A stretch of 64,000 nucleotides of DNA from a virus (taxonomy: Duplodnaviria; Caudoviricetes), in the IMG/VR virus record IMGVR_UViG_3300020352_000805, positions 2,616-66,615 of that record. One strand, given 5' to 3'. A program made the position numbers and the translations under genes. Below are positions 1 through 8,848 of the stretch, piece after piece. Numbering within the stretch: the stretch's first letter is position 1; every line of letters begins with the position of its first letter. The notes beneath the pieces were generated by a model. It saw only the letters and a program-made list of their open reading frames with translations, was not told the origin of the DNA and made no database searches.

Positions 1-67
1 AAAAGCTGATAAAGATATGGCAGACGAAGTTCGAAAAAGAGGTCAAGATAAAAACTTAAAAAGTTAA
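1..67 (+). CDS. 3' end of an upstream ORF (partial)
   Basis: Frame 2 reads KADKDMADEVRKRGQDKNLKS then TAA at 65-67; truncated by the window edge. Confidence 0.5.
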   Translation, partial: KADKDMADEVRKRGQDKNLKS

Positions 68-85
68 AAATAGTTGTCTTAAAAG

Positions 86-114
86 TTGCAATTGTAAAAA
101 GCATTGCGTATATT
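86..114 (+). promoter_or_regulatory. Putative early promoter TTGCAA-N17-TATATT, copy 1
   Basis: Same two boxes with an exact 17-nt spacer recur at 15630, 16365 and 48924, each upstream of an accessory gene. Confidence 0.75.
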
Positions 115-120
115 GTAATT

Positions 121-138
121 GTTGATGAGGTCATCAAC
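121..138 (+). promoter_or_regulatory. 5'-leader hairpin GTTGATGA-GG-TCATCAAC
   Basis: Perfect 8-bp inverted repeat 6 nt after the -10 box; G.U-compatible variants at 15665 and 16400. Confidence 0.65.
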
Positions 139-167
139 TTATTGTTTAACTTTTAAAATTACTAAAA

Positions 168-563
168 ATGGCATTTACAAGAACAGAATTAAACAGTTTC
201 AGAGAAGATTTTGCTAGTGCAGTTGCTAAACTTGAAAAGCAATACAAAGTTGAAATAGGAATAGGTAACATATCTTATACCGACCAATCTTTCACTTCTA
301 AACTAAAGGTAACAAAAACGATAACAAGTACTGGTAAAAGAATCAGTGGTGCAGAAGTTGAATTTGGTAACTTTTGTAAAAGGTTCGGTTTAGAATCTAA
401 AGATTTCAAGAAAAAGTTTTCTTTCAACGGAAGTGAATTTGAACTTACTGGTTTTAAACCAAGAAGTCCTAAGTTTCCTATAATAGCAACGAAAGTTTCT
501 GATGGAGTTTCTTACAAGTTACCAAGAAGAGCAATTCAAACTAGAGAATTTACTTTAAGTTAA
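168..563 (+). CDS. Hypothetical early phage protein
   Basis: 131-aa ORF directly downstream of the promoter and leader; no recognised function. Confidence 0.8.
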   Translation: MAFTRTELNSFREDFASAVAKLEKQYKVEIGIGNISYTDQSFTSKLKVTKTITSTGKRISGAEVEFGNFCKRFGLESKDFKKKFSFNGSEFELTGFKPRSPKFPIIATKVSDGVSYKLPRRAIQTREFTLS

Positions 564-670
564 AATAAGAACAAATATGGCGGTTCTATGGCAAAACTAT
601 GGAATCGTTTCCGTATCTTGTTATTGTTGGTTCGGGGAGAAAGAGTTGTTTAACTATAAAATACTAAAAA

Positions 671-1174
671 ATGAAAAGATACATTGCATACTACGAAGGA
701 GAAAATAACTACTATCACGATTCCGATTTCTACACGATGTTGGTAGATACCAAAGAAAAAAAAGTTATCAAGCACGTTTGGGGTTCAACCAGATTTGCTG
801 GTTCAGTAGATTTTGCACATGAATACGATGATGTAAGGTCTGACCTTAAAGAAGTAGAAAAATACGAAAAGTTGGCAACTGAATATGCAGTCAACGAAGT
901 TCCAAGAAGATTAGGAAGTTTCGACCTTGAAGAAGGTGATGTTGTTAAAGTTACTAATCCAAGAGTAAGAAAGTTCAAAGGTGAAACTTTCAAAATCGAA
1001 GAAATCAAAAAGTTTAAAAGATTCGGAAGAGTTGTTTCAGAAACTTTAATCGGAATCAACGAGACTGGAGAAACAATTCAAACTTCTGCTTCAAATGTAG
1101 AAATCGTAAAACACGGTCTTTACAAAACTTTAAGAGTAGCAAGAAGAATTGTAGTAGGATTGAGTATTAACTAA
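671..1174 (+). CDS. Hypothetical protein, possible KOW/SH3-like segment
   Basis: 167-aa ORF; segment EEGDVVKVTNPRVRKFKGETFKIEEI; leader TTGTTTAACT..TACTAAAAAATG shared with the ORFs at 168 and 16444. Confidence 0.75.
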   Translation: MKRYIAYYEGENNYYHDSDFYTMLVDTKEKKVIKHVWGSTRFAGSVDFAHEYDDVRSDLKEVEKYEKLATEYAVNEVPRRLGSFDLEEGDVVKVTNPRVRKFKGETFKIEEIKKFKRFGRVVSETLIGINETGETIQTSASNVEIVKHGLYKTLRVARRIVVGLSIN

Positions 1175-1184
1175 AAATAAAATT

Positions 1185-1358
1185 ATGACTACATTAAAAA
1201 TATTTACCAAACGTTTAATGCAATTGATAATTTCTGCACTTGCAATGATATCAATAATGACTAATTTCTTTAGTAAATTAGAAGATGTTGATTTTATTTC
1301 TTTGTATATTGTAGGTTCATTTACGATTTGGACACTATTAATGACATTTGAAAAATAA
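1185..1358 (+). CDS. Small membrane protein, 57 aa (not in the ORF track)
   Basis: Hand translation MTTLKIFTKRLMQLIISALAMISIMTNFFSKLEDVDFISLYIVGSFTIWTLLMTFEK, two hydrophobic stretches; fills the gap before a terminator. Confidence 0.6.
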   Translation: MTTLKIFTKRLMQLIISALAMISIMTNFFSKLEDVDFISLYIVGSFTIWTLLMTFEK

Positions 1359-1380
1359 GTAAAATACTGATTATCAAATT

Positions 1381-1404
1381 AAAGGGACTTATGGTCTCTT
1401 TTTT
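1381..1404 (+). terminator. Putative intrinsic terminator
   Basis: AAAGGGAC-TTATG-GTCTCTTT stem followed by a T run. Confidence 0.55.
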
Positions 1405-1434
1405 GTATATTAAATAGTACAGATACTATTTATT

Positions 1435-2022
1435 ATGAAAGATAAAGACAAAGATTATTTAAAAGATGAAATTGCTGGTTTGATTAACGACCAAGATTCT
1501 GGTGTAGGATTTCCAGCATTAGAAATAGACCCAATAGAACCTTTAAACATTGCAGAAGTTGACAACAAAACAAAAATGAAAGCACAGAAAATTGTTCTTT
1601 CTTGTATGAAACTTTATTTCGATGCAAAAATTCTATCTCAAAATGAATTTATGCAAGCCAAAGCTGCAGTAACTACATCTAATATCAAAACTCTTTTTAG
1701 ACAAATAAAAATTGCAGAACATATGGTTGATAAGATTGTCAACGGAATTGATGCTGGAGATATGAATCCAAGATTGTTTGAAGTTGCGGGTCAATTGCAA
1801 GGAAATATTATTGATATGTTAAAGAATGTTCAATTGCACGTTATTTCGATGCAAGAAGAATTTAGACGTATGCAAGGAGAATTACCTCAAGCACAAGTAC
1901 TAGACAATAGTATTGATATTTCAGGGGATAAAGAAACAAAAGTTTATACAAATGCAAAGGCACTATTACAAGATTTAGATACAGAAGAAGATGATAATAT
2001 AGAAGACCCGGACAACGATTAA
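1435..2022 (+). CDS. Putative terminase small subunit (T4 gp16-like)
   Basis: NPRLFEVAGQL resembles the PRxYEVAGQL motif of T4-like small terminases; helical core, acidic tail; large terminase about 5 kb away. Confidence 0.5.
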   Translation: MKDKDKDYLKDEIAGLINDQDSGVGFPALEIDPIEPLNIAEVDNKTKMKAQKIVLSCMKLYFDAKILSQNEFMQAKAAVTTSNIKTLFRQIKIAEHMVDKIVNGIDAGDMNPRLFEVAGQLQGNIIDMLKNVQLHVISMQEEFRRMQGELPQAQVLDNSIDISGDKETKVYTNAKALLQDLDTEEDDNIEDPDND

Positions 2023-2047
2023 ATATATTATAAAAAATAAATAAGTT

Positions 2048-2524
2048 ATGAAATCATTAAACGAATTTTTAGACGAAGAAAAATTAGAAAAACTTTTAGA
2101 GTTTACTGCTGAGGATTTTGATTCCGCAAATAATTTAAGGAAAAACGGAAAAAAATTATCACTTAGTATTTTGAAAAGTATTATGCCTCGTGTTTCTAAA
2201 ACGGCAAAAGCTGCAGAAAAAAGAATCAAGACTTTCGATGGTCAAGATGTTAATGTTCATGTTAAATATGGATTTTTCGTTGTGAAAGATATAGTATATT
2301 ACGTAAATTATGAGCAATATTCTATTAGAAGAGCAATTGAAGAAATAGATGTTTCTAAAATAGCAATTTCTAAACAAGGTGGAACTGATGATAGTGATGA
2401 TGATGTTTATTTAGGAGTTGGATATGTTAATACAGAAGTCTTTTTAGATTTCTTACAAGATAATGAGATAGATAAAGACGAATTGGCTAGGTTACAACCA
2501 GATAATAAACATTTACATTATTAA
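2048..2524 (+). CDS. Putative packaged internal head protein (CTS-like N-terminus)
   Basis: Starts MKSLNEFLDE; remainder unrecognised. Confidence 0.6.
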   Translation: MKSLNEFLDEEKLEKLLEFTAEDFDSANNLRKNGKKLSLSILKSIMPRVSKTAKAAEKRIKTFDGQDVNVHVKYGFFVVKDIVYYVNYEQYSIRRAIEEIDVSKIAISKQGGTDDSDDDVYLGVGYVNTEVFLDFLQDNEIDKDELARLQPDNKHLHY

Positions 2525-2539
2525 AAATAAAATATAATT

Positions 2540-2929
2540 ATGAAATCTTTAAACGAATTTTTATATGAATCTGATGAAAAGGAAGACGATGAAAACGAAA
2601 TCGAAATTACAGTCGATTTAGATATTCCTGATGAAGATGATATTGATGATGAAGATATCGAAGAAGATTTAAACGAAAGACGAATTAAACAAACTAAAAA
2701 AATGAAAAATAGTGCAAAAGTTGTACGAGAAACAACTGAAGAACTATTTGGAAAAGATGGAAAAGCAAGACCACTTGCAGACAAAGTTTTTAAGGTTTTC
2801 AAAAGAGAAATGAGAAGAAAATCTAAAGAATTAGGTGTCCCATTAGGTCAAGTTCGGTCATGGAAAATAACATTAAGAGATTACGACAATCCAAAAACAG
2901 GAACAACAATAGCAGGAAAAAGAAAATAA
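2540..2929 (+). CDS. Putative packaged internal head protein, acidic N-half and basic C-half
   Basis: Starts MKSLNEFLYE; D/E-rich tract followed by a K/R-rich tract. Confidence 0.6.
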   Translation: MKSLNEFLYESDEKEDDENEIEITVDLDIPDEDDIDDEDIEEDLNERRIKQTKKMKNSAKVVRETTEELFGKDGKARPLADKVFKVFKREMRRKSKELGVPLGQVRSWKITLRDYDNPKTGTTIAGKRK

Positions 2930-2933
2930 TATT

Positions 2934-4286
2934 ATGAAACCATTCAACGAATTTTTAAACGAAAAAAGTTATAAAGATACTTTCCGTGTCAAAAAAGATG
3001 GAAAATTTCTTACAGTTGGTTGGAAAATGGGCAAAGTATCATTTACACCTAACAAACAAATATCTTATCCTTTTCAAGATGAAAAGTCTGCAGAAAAGGC
3101 TGCCAAAGAATATGGCGGTGAAGTATTTTCTTATTCAGAAATTTTCGAAGACTTGAAAACAAAAGAAATTGACCCAAGTAAGTTTTCAAACGATGGCCCA
3201 ATGAAAGATGATAATTTTTTCAAAAAAGGTAAAAAAGATGGTGATTTCAACGATGATGTAATTGAAACTAAAAGATTTAGTATTCCAGCAAAAGCATTGA
3301 AACCTAGTCAAGATGCAATTTATTTAAGTAAGGCATTAGATATGGCAATCAACAATATAGTTGGTGGTGATTTGAATGCAATGGTATCTAGAGATAATTA
3401 TATTTTAGATGGTCATCATAGATGGGCTGCAACTATGTTTGGAAATCCAAATGCAAAAGTACAAGGTATGCAATCTAACTTAACAATAGGAGATTTAGTT
3501 CCTGTTTTAAGAAAAGCTGGTGATGCATTAGGAAACGAAAGAGGTGTAGAACCTAAAGGTGGTGATACTAATATTTACAAAGCAACTATTCAAGATATCG
3601 AAGATGCTGTTTATACAGGTAAAAATATGAATCCGAAATATTACAATAAAGATGCTTCAATTGCTTGGTATGAAACTTTAGGAAAAGATTTAGTTGAAAA
3701 AAGACTGAAAGCAATTCAATCTAAGAAACTACCAGCAGGAGCACCGGCAAGAAAAGATATGCCAAAAATTGAACCTGAGCAAGTAGCTAAAATTGCATCC
3801 GATTTAAACGGAGGTAAAATAGATGCAATGTTTCCTTATGTAAAAGAACAAAAATCAAATAGAACTATAAAAGGATTAAACGAATTTTTAAACGAAAAGA
3901 AATCAAATATCCAAACTGGTGATGTAGTAAAATGGAAAAAAGGATATGCCGATAGTAAAGCTGAAGCGGCAAAGGTTTATGATGTACTATCTGACCCAGA
4001 TTCTGATGATAGGGTAAAAATTAGAGATAGAAATTCTAAAATAACGGGTACAATCGAAAGTGCTAAAATTAATTTTCTTGAAAAAATAGAAAGTTTAGGC
4101 CAAGAGGAATCTGACAGACTTAAAGAATTAGAAAAAGAAATTGATGATATCAAAAAAGGAAAAAAAGAAGGTAAAATAATTCCTTTGGATAGAGAACGTA
4201 AAAGTTTATTAAGAAAACTTAAAACAGGAACTTCTAGTTATATGCATAAACATGGGCCCAATAAAGGTAATCCTATTCAAAAATAA
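2934..4286 (+). CDS. Multidomain protein with ParB/Srx-like domain, N-terminal and internal CTS-like peptides
   Basis: MKPFNEFLNE start; LKPSQ...NYILDGHHRWAA ParB-like motif; internal IKGLNEFLNE followed by KOW-like IQTGDVVKWKKG. Confidence 0.65.
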   Translation: MKPFNEFLNEKSYKDTFRVKKDGKFLTVGWKMGKVSFTPNKQISYPFQDEKSAEKAAKEYGGEVFSYSEIFEDLKTKEIDPSKFSNDGPMKDDNFFKKGKKDGDFNDDVIETKRFSIPAKALKPSQDAIYLSKALDMAINNIVGGDLNAMVSRDNYILDGHHRWAATMFGNPNAKVQGMQSNLTIGDLVPVLRKAGDALGNERGVEPKGGDTNIYKATIQDIEDAVYTGKNMNPKYYNKDASIAWYETLGKDLVEKRLKAIQSKKLPAGAPARKDMPKIEPEQVAKIASDLNGGKIDAMFPYVKEQKSNRTIKGLNEFLNEKKSNIQTGDVVKWKKGYADSKAEAAKVYDVLSDPDSDDRVKIRDRNSKITGTIESAKINFLEKIESLGQEESDRLKELEKEIDDIKKGKKEGKIIPLDRERKSLLRKLKTGTSSYMHKHGPNKGNPIQK

Positions 4287-4296
4287 ATAAATAACA

Positions 4297-4590
4297 TTGT
4301 CAAAAGATAAAGAAAACATATTTAAAAGATTTTTCAATTGGTACACAGGAGCCTTTCACAAAGATTCTAATGTAAGTAGCAAACGAATTAGTGGAATACT
4401 AATGATAAAGTGGTCTCTTCTTGCGGCAACTTATTATGTATATAAATCTTTTGATGGTTATTCAGATTCAAATGCTGAATCTTTAATACAATTTATAATT
4501 ATAACAGGGGCTGGATTATTAGGAGCTGGAACATTAGTTGAAGGATTAGGTAAAAAGAACAAAAAAGAAAATAAAGATGAAGAATTATAG
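4297..4590 (+). CDS. Two-TM membrane protein, possible holin
   Basis: 97 aa, two hydrophobic segments, SSKRI before the first helix, highly charged C-terminus (GKKNKKENKDEEL). Confidence 0.4.
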   Translation: MSKDKENIFKRFFNWYTGAFHKDSNVSSKRISGILMIKWSLLAATYYVYKSFDGYSDSNAESLIQFIIITGAGLLGAGTLVEGLGKKNKKENKDEEL

Positions 4591-4840
4591 AACATTTTTA
4601 ACAGAAAGTACCATGTTTCAAAATAATTATGGTTCAGAGGATACAGACAAAATTGCAGCATATAGTGATATGAGTCCAGAGCAAAGAAAAGAATTGGATG
4701 ATTATTGCAAAATGAAATTCGGTAATCAATTTATAAATTGCTCTTATGAAGAACAAAGTACAGCAAGAAGTACAATATGGGCATCTAAAGAAGACCCAGA
4801 AGAAATAAAGCAACAGCAAGATAGAAACGCTAATTTTTAA
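4577..4840 (+). CDS. Small protein with CTS-like N-terminus
   Basis: Starts MKNYRTFLTE, similar to the T4 IPII/IPIII leader MKTYQEFIAE. Confidence 0.6.
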   Translation: MKNYRTFLTESTMFQNNYGSEDTDKIAAYSDMSPEQRKELDDYCKMKFGNQFINCSYEEQSTARSTIWASKEDPEEIKQQQDRNANF

Positions 4841-4842
4841 AT

Positions 4843-4877
4843 AAAAATTCTTAGGACTTGTTTTTCTAAGAATTTTT
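4843..4877 (+). terminator. Putative intrinsic (possibly bidirectional) terminator
   Basis: AAAAATTCTTAGGA...TTCTAAGAATTTTT 14-bp stem. Confidence 0.7.
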
Positions 4878-4924
4878 GTGTATATTTAAAAATAAGTATT
4901 AAATATTAAAATGAATCAATAGAT

Positions 4925-5455
4925 ATGAAAGGTTACAAAGAATTTTATAAACGAATACTAGAACAACAAATAAACGAAGAAGAGGAAGAAAAAGAAACTG
5001 AAGACGTTGATGTTGAAACTGAAGAAACTGAAGAAACTGAAGAAAAAGAATCGAAAGAAGAACCAGAAGAAGATGAAGAATCTTCTAATGAAGAAAGTTT
5101 GATAAAAATTTTCGAAGATGAATCATTTGTCGATGCATTTAAAAATTCAACTAAACAATACGTTTCTGAAAAAATATTAGATGAAGAATATAATTCTTTT
5201 ACGATAATTCCATTAATAGAAACAGATTATAAAGATGAAACTTACGCATTAAGCATAGAATTTAGTTCTTCTGTATCTATTAACGTAAGTGAAGATGGTG
5301 AAGTAGTAGATAAAAATATTCCTAACGTAGAGACTATAAAGTTTAAAACCCCATTGATGGATAATATGGCAATACTAGAAGACGAAACGGCTAAAGGATT
5401 AGTTGAATTGTCAGTTGTAGAAGCATTAGATAACATCAAAAAAGTACCTAGATAA
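4925..5455 (+). CDS. Highly acidic protein with CTS-like N-terminus (prohead core-like or DNA mimic)
   Basis: MKGYKEFYKRILEQQINE followed by a long poly-E/D/T tract. Confidence 0.55.
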   Translation: MKGYKEFYKRILEQQINEEEEEKETEDVDVETEETEETEEKESKEEPEEDEESSNEESLIKIFEDESFVDAFKNSTKQYVSEKILDEEYNSFTIIPLIETDYKDETYALSIEFSSSVSINVSEDGEVVDKNIPNVETIKFKTPLMDNMAILEDETAKGLVELSVVEALDNIKKVPR

Positions 5456-6834
5456 TGAAAGATTATAGACAATTTTTATATGAAAACCTCAACGAATCCA
5501 AGGCATATAATTTAGCAATAAATGATGAATCTGACTTGAATAGAATTAAATTAAAATCAGATAAAGAAATAGTAAGACAATTACTAGCATTGATAAAGGG
5601 TTTAGGTTTTAATGAGATTCCGTTGGTTGCAAATTCAAGTGGTCTTTTGAAAATAAGAGCTAAAAATTTAGAAGAAGAAATTTCAAAATGGTTTGCCGAT
5701 AATAATTACAGTAAGAAAAATATTATGTTCGGTTTGGGTTCCATCGGAAAAGACGGTAATAAAATAAGTACATCTACACAAGAATTAATGGTGGCATCAT
5801 TAGTTTTGATAGGTAAAAAATATCCTAATAATTTATCTATTGAGCAAGCTAATGAAATAATAAAAGAGGCAAAAGAAAATTTTGTTACTATTGTAGGTGT
5901 TTCAGGACAAGGTAAACTATTAGAACAATACGATAAAAATTACAATGACTTGGCAACAGCAATAAGTTCTTCAAATAGTATATTAGAACTTACAACACCT
6001 AAAACCGTTTTTTGGACGGGTCAAAGTTGGGACAAAAGAATAGAAAAATTTAATCCAAAAGTTTCAAATATTAGAGATTACAATTCATCCGATATAGTTA
6101 TTGAAGGAATTGATGGTAAATTTTTAGGTATTTCTTTAAAAAAGAAAGGTAAAAGTCAAGATGTTGACCCAACACTAATAAATAAACCAATCACAGGAGA
6201 AAAATCGGTACTTAAAGATGTTTTAGATGATTTATTTATTGCAAAAATTGAACAACAAAAAGAAATATTCTTTGATAATGTAATTAAAAAACATTATAAA
6301 ATAAAAGATTTACAAATAAACAAATTTTCTGTAAAAGAAAAAAAGAAAATGATTTCAGATATTTCCCAAGCGAAAATGGGTGGTTATATAAAATCTAAAG
6401 ACAATAATTTCTTTAAGTATATTGGCGAAAATTTACCTAGTTATACCGAAAAGTTTACAACTAGATTCTTAGAATTATTATTTAGAACTAATTTAAGTAA
6501 AATGTTGAATGCTGATGAATTTACTTTTTATCTATCAACAGGAATTGGTCGTTTTAATGGTAAGAATCTTATTATTGAAGATTCGGATACTAAAGATTTG
6601 AATTCCATTGTAGAAGTTCTAAGTAAGATATTCAATTCTAATTTAGAGATGTCAAAAACCAAAGGTAAAAAGAATGCATGGGAAGATGGCACGAGTGCTG
6701 CAAAAGTATTTTTTACTATTACTTCTGATAATGTGCCCATTATCAATATAGAAATAAGATATAAAGGTAGTTATACAGCAAATCCACAATTTCAAGCCGT
6801 AGCAACACCTAATTTTAAAAATTTATTTAAGTAA
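5455..6834 (+). CDS. PD-(D/E)xK restriction-endonuclease-like protein with CTS-like N-terminus
   Basis: YNSSDIVIEGIDGKFLGISLKK matches the D...(D/E/S)xK core; starts MKDYRQFLYENLNE. Confidence 0.55.
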   Translation: MKDYRQFLYENLNESKAYNLAINDESDLNRIKLKSDKEIVRQLLALIKGLGFNEIPLVANSSGLLKIRAKNLEEEISKWFADNNYSKKNIMFGLGSIGKDGNKISTSTQELMVASLVLIGKKYPNNLSIEQANEIIKEAKENFVTIVGVSGQGKLLEQYDKNYNDLATAISSSNSILELTTPKTVFWTGQSWDKRIEKFNPKVSNIRDYNSSDIVIEGIDGKFLGISLKKKGKSQDVDPTLINKPITGEKSVLKDVLDDLFIAKIEQQKEIFFDNVIKKHYKIKDLQINKFSVKEKKKMISDISQAKMGGYIKSKDNNFFKYIGENLPSYTEKFTTRFLELLFRTNLSKMLNADEFTFYLSTGIGRFNGKNLIIEDSDTKDLNSIVEVLSKIFNSNLEMSKTKGKKNAWEDGTSAAKVFFTITSDNVPIINIEIRYKGSYTANPQFQAVATPNFKNLFK

Positions 6835-6839
6835 TAAAA

Positions 6840-8753
6840 TTAGAACCAATCAGTTCCTACTGAAAAGTCATCATCGGACATTCCTTTTGTATTAAAGTTT
6901 TCTGCAAGAAAATCTGTACTACTATCTAAGGAATTGCCGGTTTTCATTAACGAATTTATATGAATTTTAGTATTTGATTCTTGAATTTCAAAACATTCTG
7001 CAACCATATCTACGTATAACGAATCTCTGAAAATTTCAACAATGTTAACACAAGTCATAACCGTATCATCGTGTCCCGTACTTGCTTCATATGAACCTTT
7101 TTTGGTTCTGTTGAAATGGTTGAATTCTTGTACAGTCCATTTATCGTGTATTACTATTATTTGATTTGAAATTAAGTTTTTAACTTCTGCACAATTTCTT
7201 GGTTTAGTAACTTTATCTTGTCGCAATCCTATTCTTTTCCTTTTTGCACCTTTTCTATGAAAAGTTTTTAAGTAAACAGAATCATCATATAAATCACCAC
7301 CATACAAATGTTTTAATTTTTCATCAAAGAAAGAACCGTATGTATTCCATTCTAAAACAACTTTGATGTTATCAATATTAACAAACTTTCCAGAAAATAG
7401 TAAATTATAAGTTAGTTTTGCAAAATCTTCTATACTTATTAGATTATCTCTAAAAATACCTATTTGGTCTAAGTAAAAATGTTTTTCTAATTGAAACACT
7501 TCATTGTCGGATACTTTGATATCTCTTTCAATCTTAGGTGCTAATTTAAAAATTTGCATTACAGTATAATCTCTACCAACACCTTCTGCTAAATCTATAC
7601 TAAAGAACAAAGAATCTTTTTTAAGGTTTTCAATATCATAATCTTTTCTAAACAATAGATTTTCGTATAATATATTATATTTATCTAAATGTTCAAATTC
7701 GTGATGTACAAATGCTTCAACATTACCTTTCATACTATTCAATTCCTTTGCTGAAAGTAATAGCAAATCACTTCTTTGAAAGGCACAAGCAAATTGTTCA
7801 TTGAAAGCATCTTCTCCAAGAATTGCTTTTTGTTGGTCTGCCCAACTATCATCTCTTCCTGGAACATCCCACCAAGGGATTTTCATATGCATAAATCCGT
7901 TACTTTTACCTTCAGGTAATTCAGATGCACTATGATATAATTCTTGAAATAATTCATAACCGTTTGGTGTACTAGTCATAATCATTTTAGATTTGGGGTC
8001 GGCTGCCATTACAGGATAAATGTTATCCCAAAAACTTCTTTGAATACCTTCTCTAACGTGAGCAAATTCATCTAAGAAAAGTAAATGAATAGTAAAACCA
8101 ATTGCAGCTTTGTCCGTAGTAGTTGTTGCTAGTATTCTTGAATTTGCATCAGTCATTATACTAAACATATTCCAAGAAAACAATCCAGGTTTCAACCAAA
8201 AAGGTAAGAAAGATATTATAGACTTAACTTTGTCTAATATTTCTTTTGCTGTATCTCCTTTGTTGGCTGCTAACATTATATTTTTGTCAGGATGAAATAT
8301 TAAAAACCAAGTTAAAAATATACCAGCAACTACGGTTTTACCAATTTGCCTAGAACCTACTACTATATTGTTTTTACCATTTTTGTAGTTCAATAACATT
8401 TGTTCTTGATAAGGATACAAAGTGATGTGCCCTATTCCTTCAGGTGTCATTAATTGTACATACTTATTTGCAAAATATATTATGTCTTTTCTACATCTTT
8501 TGAATTCACCCTTTTCTTGTAAAGTCATTTGAAATGCAACCCTACCTTTTCTTAAAGTTGGGTTTTTATCAAAGAAAGGATTCTTTGCTTTGTTTAAATC
8601 TAATCCGTAATTTTCTACCTTATCAATAAGAGCATCTACCAGTTCAGTTGTCCATATTTCAGAATCAAACTCTGGTGTTGCAATGTTACTGAATTCTTCT
8701 CCAAAGGTAGGTACGAATGACTTTTCTATAAATCTAGGTGAGTTGTTGCCCAT
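6840..8753 (-). CDS. terL: Terminase large subunit (T4 gp17-like)
   Basis: Walker A GSRQIGKT, Walker B LFLDEFAH, MTSTPNG coupling motif, nuclease motifs IDLAEGVGRDY and GHDDTVM. Confidence 0.95.
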   Translation of the reverse strand: MGNNSPRFIEKSFVPTFGEEFSNIATPEFDSEIWTTELVDALIDKVENYGLDLNKAKNPFFDKNPTLRKGRVAFQMTLQEKGEFKRCRKDIIYFANKYVQLMTPEGIGHITLYPYQEQMLLNYKNGKNNIVVGSRQIGKTVVAGIFLTWFLIFHPDKNIMLAANKGDTAKEILDKVKSIISFLPFWLKPGLFSWNMFSIMTDANSRILATTTTDKAAIGFTIHLLFLDEFAHVREGIQRSFWDNIYPVMAADPKSKMIMTSTPNGYELFQELYHSASELPEGKSNGFMHMKIPWWDVPGRDDSWADQQKAILGEDAFNEQFACAFQRSDLLLLSAKELNSMKGNVEAFVHHEFEHLDKYNILYENLLFRKDYDIENLKKDSLFFSIDLAEGVGRDYTVMQIFKLAPKIERDIKVSDNEVFQLEKHFYLDQIGIFRDNLISIEDFAKLTYNLLFSGKFVNIDNIKVVLEWNTYGSFFDEKLKHLYGGDLYDDSVYLKTFHRKGAKRKRIGLRQDKVTKPRNCAEVKNLISNQIIVIHDKWTVQEFNHFNRTKKGSYEASTGHDDTVMTCVNIVEIFRDSLYVDMVAECFEIQESNTKIHINSLMKTGNSLDSSTDFLAENFNTKGMSDDDFSVGTDWF

Positions 8754-8848
8754 ACAGTATTTACTTAAATTAAATAAATCAATAAGTACTTTAAAATATT
8801 CTAACCGTATTTATTCTTTAATAAGTATAGCAAAAAAACTTAACTAAA

